Notes: a model not told the origin generated them from the sequence alone. 31,287 bases of DNA from Methanotrichaceae archaeon (GCA_963813075.1 CAWEXU010000020.1:1-31287), one strand, 5' to 3'; positions 18,738 through 28,064 are shown, counted from the stretch's first letter. Translations and numbers: made by a program.

Positions 18738-19281
18738 TCAGGCCGATCCAAATAGCTCTACGATCCTATCTGCGATATGCTTCGAGCTCTCAAGAGGGCT
18801 GGATCTGGCCGCATCGACCTCAATCTCAGGGGAGATCGGCTCCTCATAGGCCACACCGACCCCGGGGACAAGCAGCGTCCTTCCTCCCGGCTTTCTTATA
18901 GATATCTTTGGGAGAGAACACGGCCTTTCTCTTCTCTTCTCGATCCATGCATACCTGCAGGGGAGCGCGGATGAAGACCTCGACGAAGTTGGGGATCAAT
19001 TGCCGGGCCAGATCTCTATAGCGACGCCTGTTTGCGGTAGCATCGATGATTACGTTTTTGCCCTCTTCTGCCAGGAGCTTTCCCATATAGGCCAGGCTGG
19101 CATAGACGATATCCCTTTCTTCATCTGTATATTTAGGCTCTGGAGTGATCACCCGCCGGATCTCATCCAGCTGGAGGATCTTGACCTCGATCCCCATTTC
19201 CTGCAGCCTATTTTTCACCTCAATAGCAATAGTAGTCTTCCCGCAGCCGGGAAGTCCTGTGAACCACATGACCCATGCCAT
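18738..19281 (-). pseudogene. Adenylyl-sulfate kinase (CysC)-like P-loop kinase, +1 frameshift at about 18870
   Basis: WFTGLPGCGKTT, LDEIRR, VIIDATANRRRYR, EVFIRAPLQVCMDRE. The expected tail VPGVGVAYEEPISPEIEVD.. lies in the next frame and ends at 18738. Confidence 0.8.
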
Positions 19282-19395
19282 AATGCATGAAGTCCCGGCC
19301 CGAAATAATAAACCATTCCTCAAAGATCATTCCTGGCAGAGAGCTTAGATATAACACCATACTTATTAAAATATTAGATGAGCTTAGAAATCAAA

Positions 19396-19411
19396 CAAAA
19401 GATTAATATAA
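19396..19411 (+). promoter_or_regulatory. Putative BRE/TATA promoter of the MC1 gene
   Basis: CAAAAG-ATTAATATAA about 70 nt upstream of ATG 19482. Confidence 0.45.
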
Positions 19412-19481
19412 GAGCAAACGTTATATAGACATGCAGCAAGGCTGAAAGCCCACTGCATGTGGGTATATGGAGGCAAAAGTA

Positions 19482-19754
19482 ATGGCAGAAAAAAGGAATT
19501 TCGCATTGCGGGACAAAGAAGGCAATGAGATCGGCGTCTTCTCGGGAAAGCAGCCCAGACAGGCAGCTTTAAAGGCGGCAAACCGGGGATTTACCGACAT
19601 CCGGCTCAGGGAGAGGGGAACTAAGAAGGTGCACATATTTCAGGGAGAGAGAATACAGGTACCTAAACCCTCCAACGCCCCTAAGTGGATGCCTGCAAAC
19701 ATTTGGAAACCGAATGTTAAAAAGCTGGGCGTGGAGAAGCTGGAGGATATTTAG
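19482..19754 (+). CDS. Non-histone chromosomal protein MC1
   Basis: RNFALRDKEGNEIGVFSGKQPRQAALKAANRG..IRLRERGTKKVHIF..P.WMP..IWKP.V; GGAGG RBS. Confidence 0.95.
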   Translation: MAEKRNFALRDKEGNEIGVFSGKQPRQAALKAANRGFTDIRLRERGTKKVHIFQGERIQVPKPSNAPKWMPANIWKPNVKKLGVEKLEDI

Positions 19755-19853
19755 GATCATCAGATCCAAAACTTATTCTAGCATATCATGCTGACAGCCA
19801 GTATTCATAATTTTTTATTTTAAAAATATAAAAAAGAAAAGGCTGTTGGAGCT

Positions 19854-20168
19854 TCAGCCGAAAAGGGCGCCCAGGCCCTCCACTCCGCTCTCCTCTGCAG
19901 CCTCTTTGTTCTCCTCTGCCTCCTCACTGGCAGCGGGGCCTGCAGCAGCGGCAGCAGCAGCAACTGGGGCTGCGGCAGCAGCTACGGGAACTGCAGCGGC
20001 CTGGGAGAGGACCTTGGTTATGTCCACGCCTTCCAGGGCAGCGACCAGGGCCTTGATCCTGACGTCATCAGCAGCCACTCCGGTAGCCTCGACGACCTTC
20101 TTTATTCCTTCCTCGTTTACATCTTTTCCTGCGCTATGAAGCATCAATGCAGCATATACATATTCCAT
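19854..20168 (-). CDS. rpl12: 50S ribosomal protein P1 (L12)
   Basis: [11 protein letters not shown], Ala-rich hinge, GLGALFG end. Confidence 0.97.
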   Translation of the reverse strand: MEYVYAALMLHSAGKDVNEEGIKKVVEATGVAADDVRIKALVAALEGVDITKVLSQAAAVPVAAAAAPVAAAAAAAGPAASEEAEENKEAAEESGVEGLGALFG

Positions 20169-20199
20169 TTATATCGACCTCAATTTTGTTTGAAACAGA

Positions 20200-21174
20200 T
20201 TAACCGAACAGAGCACCAAGTCCTGCGGCGGTGTCTCCTTCTTCTTCCTTCTTCTCGTCCTTCTTTTCCTCAGCTGCGGGAGCTGCGGTGGCCACAGGTG
20301 CTGCCTGAGCCTTCTCTCCACTGGCAATGCCGGCGATGGCTCTGGCATCAGCAACTGCTTTGGCCAAAATGAACTCCATCATGCTCGGGACGATCATTCC
20401 CGCATCCAGCACCAGGGCCCTGGCCTTGGTCTGAGCTTTCTGCAGCATGGGTCCAATCGTAGCTGGCGTGGGATATCCGATCTCCACCGCAAAGCTGAAT
20501 GCTCTGGCTGAAGCCTCGCTTATCCTGGCAACCTGGCCGTCCACATCTATGGCTAGATCCCTGGATTTGAATATCAGGCCGCCCTCGTAGGCGCCTCTCA
20601 ACTCCAAACCTATATTTCGGGGGAAGATCTCCATGGTCTTCAGGATCTCTGCCGTCTTGGCAGGGACGACCTCTCCCTCTTTGGCCAGGGTGATCTTCTG
20701 GTTGATGACCACCTTTCCGCCCTTGATGGCAGCGGGGATGCCTGCAGCCTGAAGCTTGCCCACCATGGGCCCAGGAGAGAAAGAGGTTTCACCGGCCTCT
20801 ATTACGATATCCTTGGGGGCACGGGTGCCAGCTTTGATGGGCATGGGCTGCTTGCCCTTCTCCAGCATACTATTGAGTTTGAAGGGATTCAGATCGCTGA
20901 AGATCAGAGCTGTCTGATCCTCAATGAAATCGGCCAGAGGCCTAATTTCAGAGGACGAGGCCTCAAGGGCACGACGAGCGATGGTGTTCCTCACCATTCT
21001 TATCTCCACGTTGCCCCTCAGATCCCCTCTCATATTCTGCAAGTTATCAGCGGGGATCTCACGAAGACCTACTACTCCCACCACTCTGCTCTTGCTGATC
21101 TTATCGACTAGCTCCTCTACCTCTTTAACCTTCCATTCCGGTATATGGGCAGTGTGACGGATCTGTCCAGCCAT
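20200..21174 (-). CDS. rpl10: 50S ribosomal protein L10 (P0)
   Basis: IPEWKVKEVEEL, MVRNT, GETSFSPGP, GLGALFG end. Confidence 0.97.
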   Translation of the reverse strand: MAGQIRHTAHIPEWKVKEVEELVDKISKSRVVGVVGLREIPADNLQNMRGDLRGNVEIRMVRNTIARRALEASSSEIRPLADFIEDQTALIFSDLNPFKLNSMLEKGKQPMPIKAGTRAPKDIVIEAGETSFSPGPMVGKLQAAGIPAAIKGGKVVINQKITLAKEGEVVPAKTAEILKTMEIFPRNIGLELRGAYEGGLIFKSRDLAIDVDGQVARISEASARAFSFAVEIGYPTPATIGPMLQKAQTKARALVLDAGMIVPSMMEFILAKAVADARAIAGIASGEKAQAAPVATAAPAAEEKKDEKKEEEGDTAAGLGALFG

Positions 21175-21813
21175 TTAGATCACCTTTATGGAAGGCCCCA
21201 TAGTGGTCTTGACATAAACTGACTTCAGGTTATGCCGACCATCCTTAAGGGTCTGCTCGAGCTTGACGACGACTGCTTCTATGTTCTCGGCCAGCTCTTT
21301 GGTATTCATATTTCTGTTCCCAATTGTCAGGTGAAAGGTCGGCTTGTCCCTGGACCTGATCCTGGTCATGTTCTTCAGCCTCTGCACCTGCGGGGTAACA
21401 TCCTGCGTTGGCGGCAGGGGCGTGGGCATCTTGCCTCTCTTGCCCAGGATTGAACCCAGGCTCTTACCTATTACAGGCATGAACTGAGTCTCTGCGATGA
21501 AGAACTTGTACTCATCCGCCAGTTTTCGTGCTGCCCTCTTGTCTCCGGCAAAATCCTTGATCTCGTCCCCGGAGATGACCCGGTCAGCTCCCGCGCTCTT
21601 GGCACGCAGGGCGGTCTCCCCGGCAGCGAATACAGCGATCTTGGTAGGCTTGCCAAGGCCGTGGGGAAGGATAACCTCGGCGTCGACCCTGTTCCCTGGA
21701 AGGGATAGGTCAATATTATGGAGGTTTATCGCCAGATCCACGCTCTCGGCAAACTTCCTGGCAGGGGCCTCAGTGATAGCCTGTTTTACGGCTTCTTCGA
21801 TATCCATTTTCAA
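21175..21813 (-). CDS. rpl1: 50S ribosomal protein L1
   Basis: RKFAESVDLAINL, LPHGLGK, LGKRGKMP, YVKTTMGP. Start TTG 21813 or ATG 21807. Confidence 0.96.
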   Translation of the reverse strand: MKMDIEEAVKQAITEAPARKFAESVDLAINLHNIDLSLPGNRVDAEVILPHGLGKPTKIAVFAAGETALRAKSAGADRVISGDEIKDFAGDKRAARKLADEYKFFIAETQFMPVIGKSLGSILGKRGKMPTPLPPTQDVTPQVQRLKNMTRIRSRDKPTFHLTIGNRNMNTKELAENIEAVVVKLEQTLKDGRHNLKSVYVKTTMGPSIKVI

Positions 21814-21817
21814 CCCT

Positions 21818-21848
21818 CCGTAGTCTGCGACTCTATGGTCTCCTACGG
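21818..21848 (-). promoter_or_regulatory. L1-binding autoregulatory mRNA hairpin upstream of rpl1
   Basis: CCGUAG-GA-GAC-cauaga-GUC-GCAGA-CUACGG: two helices with a GA/GCxxA asymmetric loop, as in known L1 mRNA targets. The 3' arm overlaps the GGAGGG RBS. Confidence 0.75.
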
Positions 21849-21891
21849 CTTCTCAAAAAAGAGAATCAAAATTCAGATCATAACACTATAT

Positions 21892-22368
21892 TTAAGCCTT
21901 CGCTTCCAATATCTCATCGTATTTGCCGCTGGTAACTGCCAGCTGAGCGTCTTTGCTGGACATGCCGTCCACAGTTGCGCCCACTGAACCCGCAGTGCCT
22001 ATTACCTCGCGAGCGGCATTCTTGAGCGACTTGGATAGGAGGCCCTTTCTCTTTATGTTCGCGATCTTAAGGACCTGCTCCATTGTCAGGTCTCCTATTG
22101 TGGTTTTATCGCCTGTGCCCTTTTCCGCACCTACCTCCTTGATGATCAAGGCAGATGTGGGCGGCGTCCCGACTTCGATCTCGAACTCAGTTCTGGACTT
22201 TACAATGACCTTAACAGGAACCTGCATTCCATTGAGATCTTTTGTCTCTTCATTGATCTTGGCAACCACCTGGGCGACATTTACGCCCAAAGGTCCAAGA
22301 GCCGGTCCCAATGGTGGTCCCGCGCTAGCCTTCCCGCCAGGGACCAATGCTTCTACGACATTAGCCAA
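21892..22368 (-). CDS. rpl11: 50S ribosomal protein L11
   Basis: GGKASAGPPLGPALGPLG, VPVKV, GTPPTSALI; TTG start after GAGGTG. Confidence 0.96.
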   Translation of the reverse strand: MANVVEALVPGGKASAGPPLGPALGPLGVNVAQVVAKINEETKDLNGMQVPVKVIVKSRTEFEIEVGTPPTSALIIKEVGAEKGTGDKTTIGDLTMEQVLKIANIKRKGLLSKSLKNAAREVIGTAGSVGATVDGMSSKDAQLAVTSGKYDEILEAKA

Positions 22369-22379
22369 ACTAAACACCT

Positions 22380-22835
22380 CTAAGTTTCATCTTTGCTGAG
22401 AACGCGCACATGATCTCCCCGCACTGTTATGGGGATGGGCACCATGGCTTCGAAGAGTTCTACAGTTATCTCTTCTTTGGCAAGATCCACGCGCTTGACC
22501 CTTGCCTTCTCTCCCTTGAACGGCCCGGATATGAGCTCAACGATTGCGCCTTCATTGATACCGATTACGGCAGGCTTGGGGGTGAGAAAGTGCTCAACCT
22601 CTCCGATATTTGAGGCCCCTTTGATCACAGAACGCGCATGTGGTATTCCCTGAATCGCCTGATCCACGATCTCCGGGGCTGGTGATTCCACAAGTACGTA
22701 GCCTTTCAGCACATCTGGAACCAGCAGTGCCCTTATATCATACTTTTCCTTGCGTGCTATCTGGGCGATCATGTTGGCCACTGATCGTTCTTGATTGGCA
22801 GTGGTCTTGACAACATATATGCTGGTCTCGGACAT
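22380..22835 (-). CDS. spt5: Transcription elongation factor Spt5 (NusG)
   Basis: [19 protein letters not shown] motif [25 protein letters not shown]. Confidence 0.96.
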   Translation of the reverse strand: MSETSIYVVKTTANQERSVANMIAQIARKEKYDIRALLVPDVLKGYVLVESPAPEIVDQAIQGIPHARSVIKGASNIGEVEHFLTPKPAVIGINEGAIVELISGPFKGEKARVKRVDLAKEEITVELFEAMVPIPITVRGDHVRVLSKDET

Positions 22836-22859
22836 TCCGCCTTTTTAGACGAGGGCCGC

Positions 22860-22900
22860 ATATAAAAAGCTTTGTAATCAATCGAAATCTCTTTATACTA
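22860..22900. promoter_or_regulatory. Back-to-back archaeal promoters for spt5 (minus) and the 22937 gene (plus)
   Basis: TTTTTATAT on minus (22860-22868) about 25 nt before the spt5 ATG; CGAAA..TTTATA on plus (22883-22897). Confidence 0.5.
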
Positions 22901-22936
22901 TAAGCTAGGGTGATTCTTGAGGGGTGAGTATCTAAA

Positions 22937-23533
22937 ATGAGTGGTAGGACTGACCAGTTGCGTGACCTCGTACTGAAGATTGGCGCCACCACCAAGGTCG
23001 TGGAAAAGCAGGCTACCCGTCATGGCAGCCTCCGCGGAAGCGGCGAGATTGAACAAGCCCTTTTGGGAGTAGTCAGGGAGATGATAAAGCAGTACAACAT
23101 CCAGACGAAACTGACTCCTGAGCAGTTATCATCTGTGGTAAGATTATTTTATAAGGGATTGAGCGATACTGAGATTGCAGAGCAGTTGGGCGACAGAGCC
23201 CTCAATAAAACCGTCAGCCGAGCCCGAATTAAGCTTCATCTTTTCCGGGAGACAGATCTGAAACCACCATTCGATAAAGATGAGTTCATCCGCCTCACAG
23301 AGGCCAGCAGATCGGTCAAGGATATGGCCGAAACCCTTCGAGTAGCTCCTTCCACAATTTCCGAATACAGGAATATCTTCGACAGCCAGAAGGCATCGGA
23401 GAGAGACGGCTACACAAAACGGTTTTTGGAGATCCTCTCCGACCAGGATGTCACTGAGCGCATGGTTACCGTTCACACGGAGGACGGACTGCAGGATACC
23501 ATCGATACCGATTATGAGGCAGCAGAGGCCTAG
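22937..23533 (+). CDS. Double-HTH protein resembling haloarchaeal conditioned medium-induced protein 4
   Basis: TDQLRDL..V.E.Q...GSL, FYKGLSDTEIA, TVSRARIKLHLFR..D..PPFD, STISEYR, EDGLQD; GGGGTGA RBS. Family recognised from memory. Confidence 0.75.
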   Translation: MSGRTDQLRDLVLKIGATTKVVEKQATRHGSLRGSGEIEQALLGVVREMIKQYNIQTKLTPEQLSSVVRLFYKGLSDTEIAEQLGDRALNKTVSRARIKLHLFRETDLKPPFDKDEFIRLTEASRSVKDMAETLRVAPSTISEYRNIFDSQKASERDGYTKRFLEILSDQDVTERMVTVHTEDGLQDTIDTDYEAAEA

Positions 23534-23598
23534 AACCTCTGCTCAAATATTTAACGCCAAATTAAGCACCTTCCCGATCGGTCCAGAGCGGTCGACAT

Positions 23599-23684
23599 CT
23601 CATTTGATCGACTCGATATACTCATTTTGATCGATATCTCATTTTGATCGATATCTCATTTTGATCGATATCTCATTATTGATC
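23599..23684. repeat. 17-bp tandem repeat CTCATTTTGATCGATAT (3 exact + 2 degenerate copies)
   Basis: Exact units at 23621, 23638 and 23655; degenerate units at 23599 and 23672. Confidence 0.93.
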
Positions 23685-23912
23685 TCCTCGTGCAGCCCAT
23701 CAATTTTTATTCAAAATATTAATTTATTTTAAGATAATAATATTAGTCAATCTAATGATATAAGATTCTGACTTATCTACCAGATCTTTGACCCACCAGA
23801 TTTATATCCTATTTTGGACCATATAACGGCTGCTTACTGTAGCAAATTAGGCAATTTAAGAGCAAATTGTCTCAAACTTGTAAAAAAATTAATAAAAAAA
23901 GAGGGAAAGTCT

Positions 23913-24155
23913 ATGAAGAGGAGTAGGGATTTAATTATATCTCAGATATTGTTTATTTGTGCTAAGGGAGCAAATAAGACCAGGATAGTGTATCAAGCAA
24001 ACCTGAACTTCAGGACGGTAGATCCATATTTGAAGCTTCTAACCGAGAGAGGACTGATTAATGCCAAGAAGGAGCCTAATCTGATCTATCAGACCACGGA
24101 AAAGGGAGAAGAGCTATTAGGTAGCCTGAAAGCGATTCAAAGAGAGATATACTAA
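23913..24155 (+). CDS. Small winged-helix regulator (COG3432/HTH_45-like)
   Basis: MKRSRDLIISQIL..GANKTRIVYQANLNF..YL..L..GLI..Y.TTEKG; GAGGG RBS; locally AT-rich. Confidence 0.85.
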   Translation: MKRSRDLIISQILFICAKGANKTRIVYQANLNFRTVDPYLKLLTERGLINAKKEPNLIYQTTEKGEELLGSLKAIQREIY

Positions 24156-24331
24156 ATATATCTTTAAAAAGTAGCAATGCTTTGATAGCACTGCTCTTCA
24201 TTGCAGTGCGAACTGGCCTCGACCAGCAAGGCCAGTGATCACTAGATCGTAATGGCCCACGTCCAATGATCTAACTTAATTAATTTCTAAAAATTTCTTC
24301 TAAGATATGATACTCCCCAAAACCCATCTTA

Positions 24332-25366
24332 TTACACAGGACTCTTACCAGGATCTGCCGGCCCACCTTCCCTCAGGCAGAGAAATATGTGGCGGGTCAG
24401 ACTCCTGTGCACCCGATCGGTATGCCTCTGAATAATTTTAAATCCGGCACGGGATAGCAGAAGATCGAGCGGTCCATCGGCCACAATAACCATCCTCCGG
24501 CCTGGTTTTATCACCCGGAACAATTCAATCAGGCTCTGGATTAATAGATCCTCTTTGGATGAGGCAAGTATTCTGGCAGACCTTCCATAGGGCGTGTCTA
24601 GAACGGCACCGCAAAGGGAGGCGTCCTTCAGGGGAAGGCGTTTTGCATCGCCCAAAACCAGGGTGCAATCCAGATCCTCCAGGTTGCATAGAGCCCCTTT
24701 CACCAGCCGGTTTTGCACCTCGATCCCCAGGCCCTCTATGCCCATCAGACAGGCCTCGACCAGAATGCCGCATGTCCCGGCAAATGGGTCGAGCAGCAGT
24801 TCACCTTCTCGGATTCCGGTCAGATTGACCAGGGCCCGGGCCATGCGCGGCATGAGCACCCCGGGATGAAAGAAGGGCTTAAGATGGGGACGGCGAGCCT
24901 CAAAGGAGCTGCGATCCACCCTTGCCGCTTCCATCCCCAGGACGATCTTCCCGTTGGTGATGATCGCCCTCAGGTTCAGCTCCGGCCTTTTCAGGTCCGC
25001 CCGAAAGCCCCTCCCAAAGAGCACCTTCCCGATCTCGTGCTCCACAGCATCCGCACCGGGAGAGGCATTCTTGATCCTCTTTGCCCGAACCCGGTAGCTT
25101 TTATCCGGCAGAGATAGGAGAGCAACCGATCTGGAAAGGTCCTCTGAGTCTGCCTCGCATACCGCCATCACCTCAATGATTCGATGGGTCATGGCCAGCC
25201 GCTTTCCCAGAGCCTGAACATCCAGGCCTTCCGCATCAACTATCAGGCACTGGTCAAGATATGCCCTCTCGCGATAGCGTTCGGAGAAGATCTCCACCAG
25301 TGCCAGAGCCTCGCACCTGGGCAACGATTCATGCTCTCCGGAGAGCTCGAAGGCATATCTTTTCAT
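24332..25366 (-). CDS. trm11: tRNA (guanine10-N2)-methyltransferase, THUMP + Rossmann domains
   Basis: FELSGEH..LP..E, PFFHPGVLMPRMARALVNL, LDPFAGTCGIL, DTPYG, VHRSLTRHI. Confidence 0.88.
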   Translation of the reverse strand: MKRYAFELSGEHESLPRCEALALVEIFSERYRERAYLDQCLIVDAEGLDVQALGKRLAMTHRIIEVMAVCEADSEDLSRSVALLSLPDKSYRVRAKRIKNASPGADAVEHEIGKVLFGRGFRADLKRPELNLRAIITNGKIVLGMEAARVDRSSFEARRPHLKPFFHPGVLMPRMARALVNLTGIREGELLLDPFAGTCGILVEACLMGIEGLGIEVQNRLVKGALCNLEDLDCTLVLGDAKRLPLKDASLCGAVLDTPYGRSARILASSKEDLLIQSLIELFRVIKPGRRMVIVADGPLDLLLSRAGFKIIQRHTDRVHRSLTRHIFLCLREGGPADPGKSPV

Positions 25367-25390
25367 TCTTCTTTCTTCATTCTTATCTTT

Positions 25391-26476
25391 TTAGTCCAGG
25401 TAGGCGTTCACGTCCCGGTAATTGAACCTCTCAGACGCCAGTACGTTTTCCAGGAAGTTGAAGATAGCTCTTCGAACATCATCAGAAAGCAATGGATACC
25501 AGGTCGGACTGGCCACCACCACCGCCCGGAAGGCAAAGAACGGCGCTATGACCTCCAGGAGCTCATCGTCTCCAGTCTTTTCCAGGTAGTTCTCGAAGAA
25601 CAGCTCAAACAGGTCCTTCAAGTCCCCGGTCAAGCGGAGGCTCTTTTGCACCGAGTAGAATATGTAGTTCATGGCCAGAGCGGTGATGTCATCCGCTGCC
25701 TCGCCCCACTCCCCCCGGCTCCGGTCGAGGACAGAGAAATCGGTGCCCTCACGGAACATTATGTTCCAGGGATGAAAGTCTCCGTGCACCATAGATAAGC
25801 GGTGGGTCTTGCTGCGAAGCCGCCAGCGCCACTCCACGCATACCTTCTCGATCTCCTGCAGCTCATCCGGATCCAGGAAGCTGGAACTCTCCGGGTAGTC
25901 ATCCAGGATGCCGAATATGCATTCACCGTCTCCTACCGTCTCCCTGATCTTGCGCTGGTAAAGCGGCGGACAGTCGTTCTTGGCGGAATGAATCTGGGCC
26001 AGATAGTTGGAGAGGGCAACCACCCGCTCATGATCCAGCTCTGTTGCCCCCTCCTCTTTCACCCTCTCCAGGTCGAAGAAGTACTCCTTTCCCTCAACCT
26101 TCTCCATGAGGAGGAAGTATTCGTTGGCATCCCCGGCGGACACCAGCCTTCCATCCGGGGTGAAGTAGCCCACATCCAGGGATCGAACGTGCTTGGGGAG
26201 ATTGGCGAATGTTGCATTCTGCCAGATGAGAATTCCTGCCCGGTCTGAGAAGTGGTCGTGGCCAAAGCCATGCTGCACCCGCATAGTGGAGAGGACGCAG
26301 GACGCCTTCTTTCCCGGCAGCTGATAGTCCACCATCAGGGGCGAACCATATCCAAATCCCTTCACATCTTCTGCCGTGGGGATGGTCTCCCCCAGCTTTC
26401 GCACCGATATGATGGAAAGCTCTTTCCCATAGAGGCTCCTCAGGTAGGCCTCCAGATTCTCCCTTAACAGGTCCAT
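25391..26476 (-). CDS. Aminoglycoside phosphotransferase-family kinase
   Basis: YFLLMEKVEG, LAQIH, Brenner motif HGDFHPWNI, VLDRSRGEWGE. Confidence 0.85.
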   Translation of the reverse strand: MDLLRENLEAYLRSLYGKELSIISVRKLGETIPTAEDVKGFGYGSPLMVDYQLPGKKASCVLSTMRVQHGFGHDHFSDRAGILIWQNATFANLPKHVRSLDVGYFTPDGRLVSAGDANEYFLLMEKVEGKEYFFDLERVKEEGATELDHERVVALSNYLAQIHSAKNDCPPLYQRKIRETVGDGECIFGILDDYPESSSFLDPDELQEIEKVCVEWRWRLRSKTHRLSMVHGDFHPWNIMFREGTDFSVLDRSRGEWGEAADDITALAMNYIFYSVQKSLRLTGDLKDLFELFFENYLEKTGDDELLEVIAPFFAFRAVVVASPTWYPLLSDDVRRAIFNFLENVLASERFNYRDVNAYLD

Positions 26477-26496
26477 AGCCGTTCCCCTCTTTTCCT

Positions 26497-27753
26497 TCAG
26501 GTCCCCATCTGCCAGCTGTGCAGGTACTTCTCCTGCTCTGCGGTGAGCTTCTCCGTCTCCAGGCCCATGGAGGCGAGCTTGAGCTCAGCTACCCTTCGGT
26601 CGATCTGGACCGGCACCGGGTAGACCGATTTGTCCAGGCTCCGGCCGTGCTCCACGATGTAGCGCACAGATAGCGCCTGGTTGGCAAAGGACATATCCAT
26701 GACCTCCGGAGGATGGCCGTAGGCGGCAGCCAGATTGACCAGCCGGCCCTCGGCCAGCAGATAGAGCCTCCGGCCGTCTTCGAGCTTGTATTCGGTGACG
26801 TTGTTTTGCACCTCATGCTTCTCGATGGCCATCTTCTCTAAAGCCGGAATATCGATCTCCACATTGAAGTGGCCGCTGTTGGCGATTATCGCCTGGTCTT
26901 TCATGAGGGCAAAGTGCTCTTTTCTGATGACATTGATGTCCCCGGTGAGGGTGACGAACAGGTCTCCAATAGGCGCAGCCTGGTAAAGCGGCATGACCCG
27001 GTAGCCGTCCATAGCCGCCTCCAGGGCTTTGCGCGGCTCGACCTCAATAACAACGACATTGGCCCCCAGGCCTTCAGCCCTCTTGGCAAATCCGCGACCG
27101 CACCAGCCGTAGCCTGCTACCACCACCGTCTTGCCGGCAAAGAGGAAATTTGTGGCCTGCATGATGCCGTGCAGTGTGCTCTGCCCCGTGCCGTAACGGT
27201 TGTCGAACATCATCTTGGTCTCGGCATCGTTTACTGCGATTACCGGATAGAGCAGAGCCTTATCCTCGGCCATGGCCCGCAGGCGGACGACACCGGTGGT
27301 GGTCTCCTCGCAGCCGCCAAACATCTGGGCTGCCAGCTCCGGGTGCTCTTTGTGGATGATGGCAATGGTATCTGCCCCGTCGTCAAGGCTGACATTGGGC
27401 CGGATATCCAGAGCTTTTTTTATGCAGTCGTAATACTCTTTCTCGTTCTCACCCCGGAAGGCATAGACGTGCAGTCCCCGGGCGGCCAGCGCTGCGGCCA
27501 CGTCATCCTGGGTGGAGAGGGGATTGGAGCCTGTTACCGCCACCTCTGCCCCTCCTGCCACCAGGGTAGTGATCAGATTTGCCGTCTCTACGGTAACATG
27601 CAGACAGGCGACGATGCGTGCGCCCTTCAACGGCTTTTCTCTCTCGAACTCCTCTTTTATCTTCTCCAGCACCGGCATATGCCTGCGCGCCCATTCGATG
27701 CGCTTTTCTCCTGCTTCTGCTAAAGCAATATCCTTGACCACGCTCTCCTGCAA
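26497..27753 (-). CDS. ahcY: Adenosylhomocysteinase
   Basis: [58 protein letters not shown]. Start TTG 27753 after AGGTGA, or ATG 27759. Confidence 0.97.
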   Translation of the reverse strand: MQESVVKDIALAEAGEKRIEWARRHMPVLEKIKEEFEREKPLKGARIVACLHVTVETANLITTLVAGGAEVAVTGSNPLSTQDDVAAALAARGLHVYAFRGENEKEYYDCIKKALDIRPNVSLDDGADTIAIIHKEHPELAAQMFGGCEETTTGVVRLRAMAEDKALLYPVIAVNDAETKMMFDNRYGTGQSTLHGIMQATNFLFAGKTVVVAGYGWCGRGFAKRAEGLGANVVVIEVEPRKALEAAMDGYRVMPLYQAAPIGDLFVTLTGDINVIRKEHFALMKDQAIIANSGHFNVEIDIPALEKMAIEKHEVQNNVTEYKLEDGRRLYLLAEGRLVNLAAAYGHPPEVMDMSFANQALSVRYIVEHGRSLDKSVYPVPVQIDRRVAELKLASMGLETEKLTAEQEKYLHSWQMGT

Positions 27754-27924
27754 AAACATCACCTTGAATTTTCTTAGCTTACTTGATCTGCCTGATCGTT
27801 TTGTTGATACTTAAACCCAACCCCGGCAGTCCCGGCGGCTCGTGCATCTGTCGCGTCCAATTATAGTTTCTGAAGTTCTTGCCGGCTTGCTCGGCTGATC
27901 TCGGGCGACTTAGGGCGCGCTGCT

Positions 27925-28045
27925 TTGCCCTTCTATGATTCCCTCTTCCTGGTCGCAGCGGAGCGAGAAGGAGTAAGCCTTTTGACCCTGGACAAGAAAG
28001 ATGTATGAGAAAGCGAGAGAAAATAGAAGTGTAGAGATGATTTAA
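27925..28045 (+). pseudogene. 3' relic of a PIN-domain (VapC-like) toxin gene
   Basis: LPFYDSLFLVAAEREGVSLLTLDKK, then after a 1-nt shift MYEKARENRSVEMI*. The YD..F...A..E...LLT.D pattern is the PIN C-terminal signature; the N-terminal half and antitoxin are absent. Confidence 0.7.
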
Positions 28046-28064
28046 GAGAAGGGAGGAAATTCAA

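Noticed and set aside
9600..18900. Programmed ribosomal frameshifting
   Set aside because: No shared slippery sequence, and shifts occur in both directions in unrelated genes.
24170..24250. Short hairpins after the wHTH gene as an ncRNA
   Set aside because: Stems of only 8-9 bp in a convergent spacer; too weak to call.
26869..27723. Long antisense or alternate-frame ORFs (also 102-791, 17764-18369, 27933-28544)
   Set aside because: Shadows of well-supported genes in GC-rich DNA, with no motifs.
27763..27920. SAH riboswitch upstream of ahcY
   Set aside because: No recognisable motif, and a TTTAAGTA box about 55 nt upstream implies a short leader.
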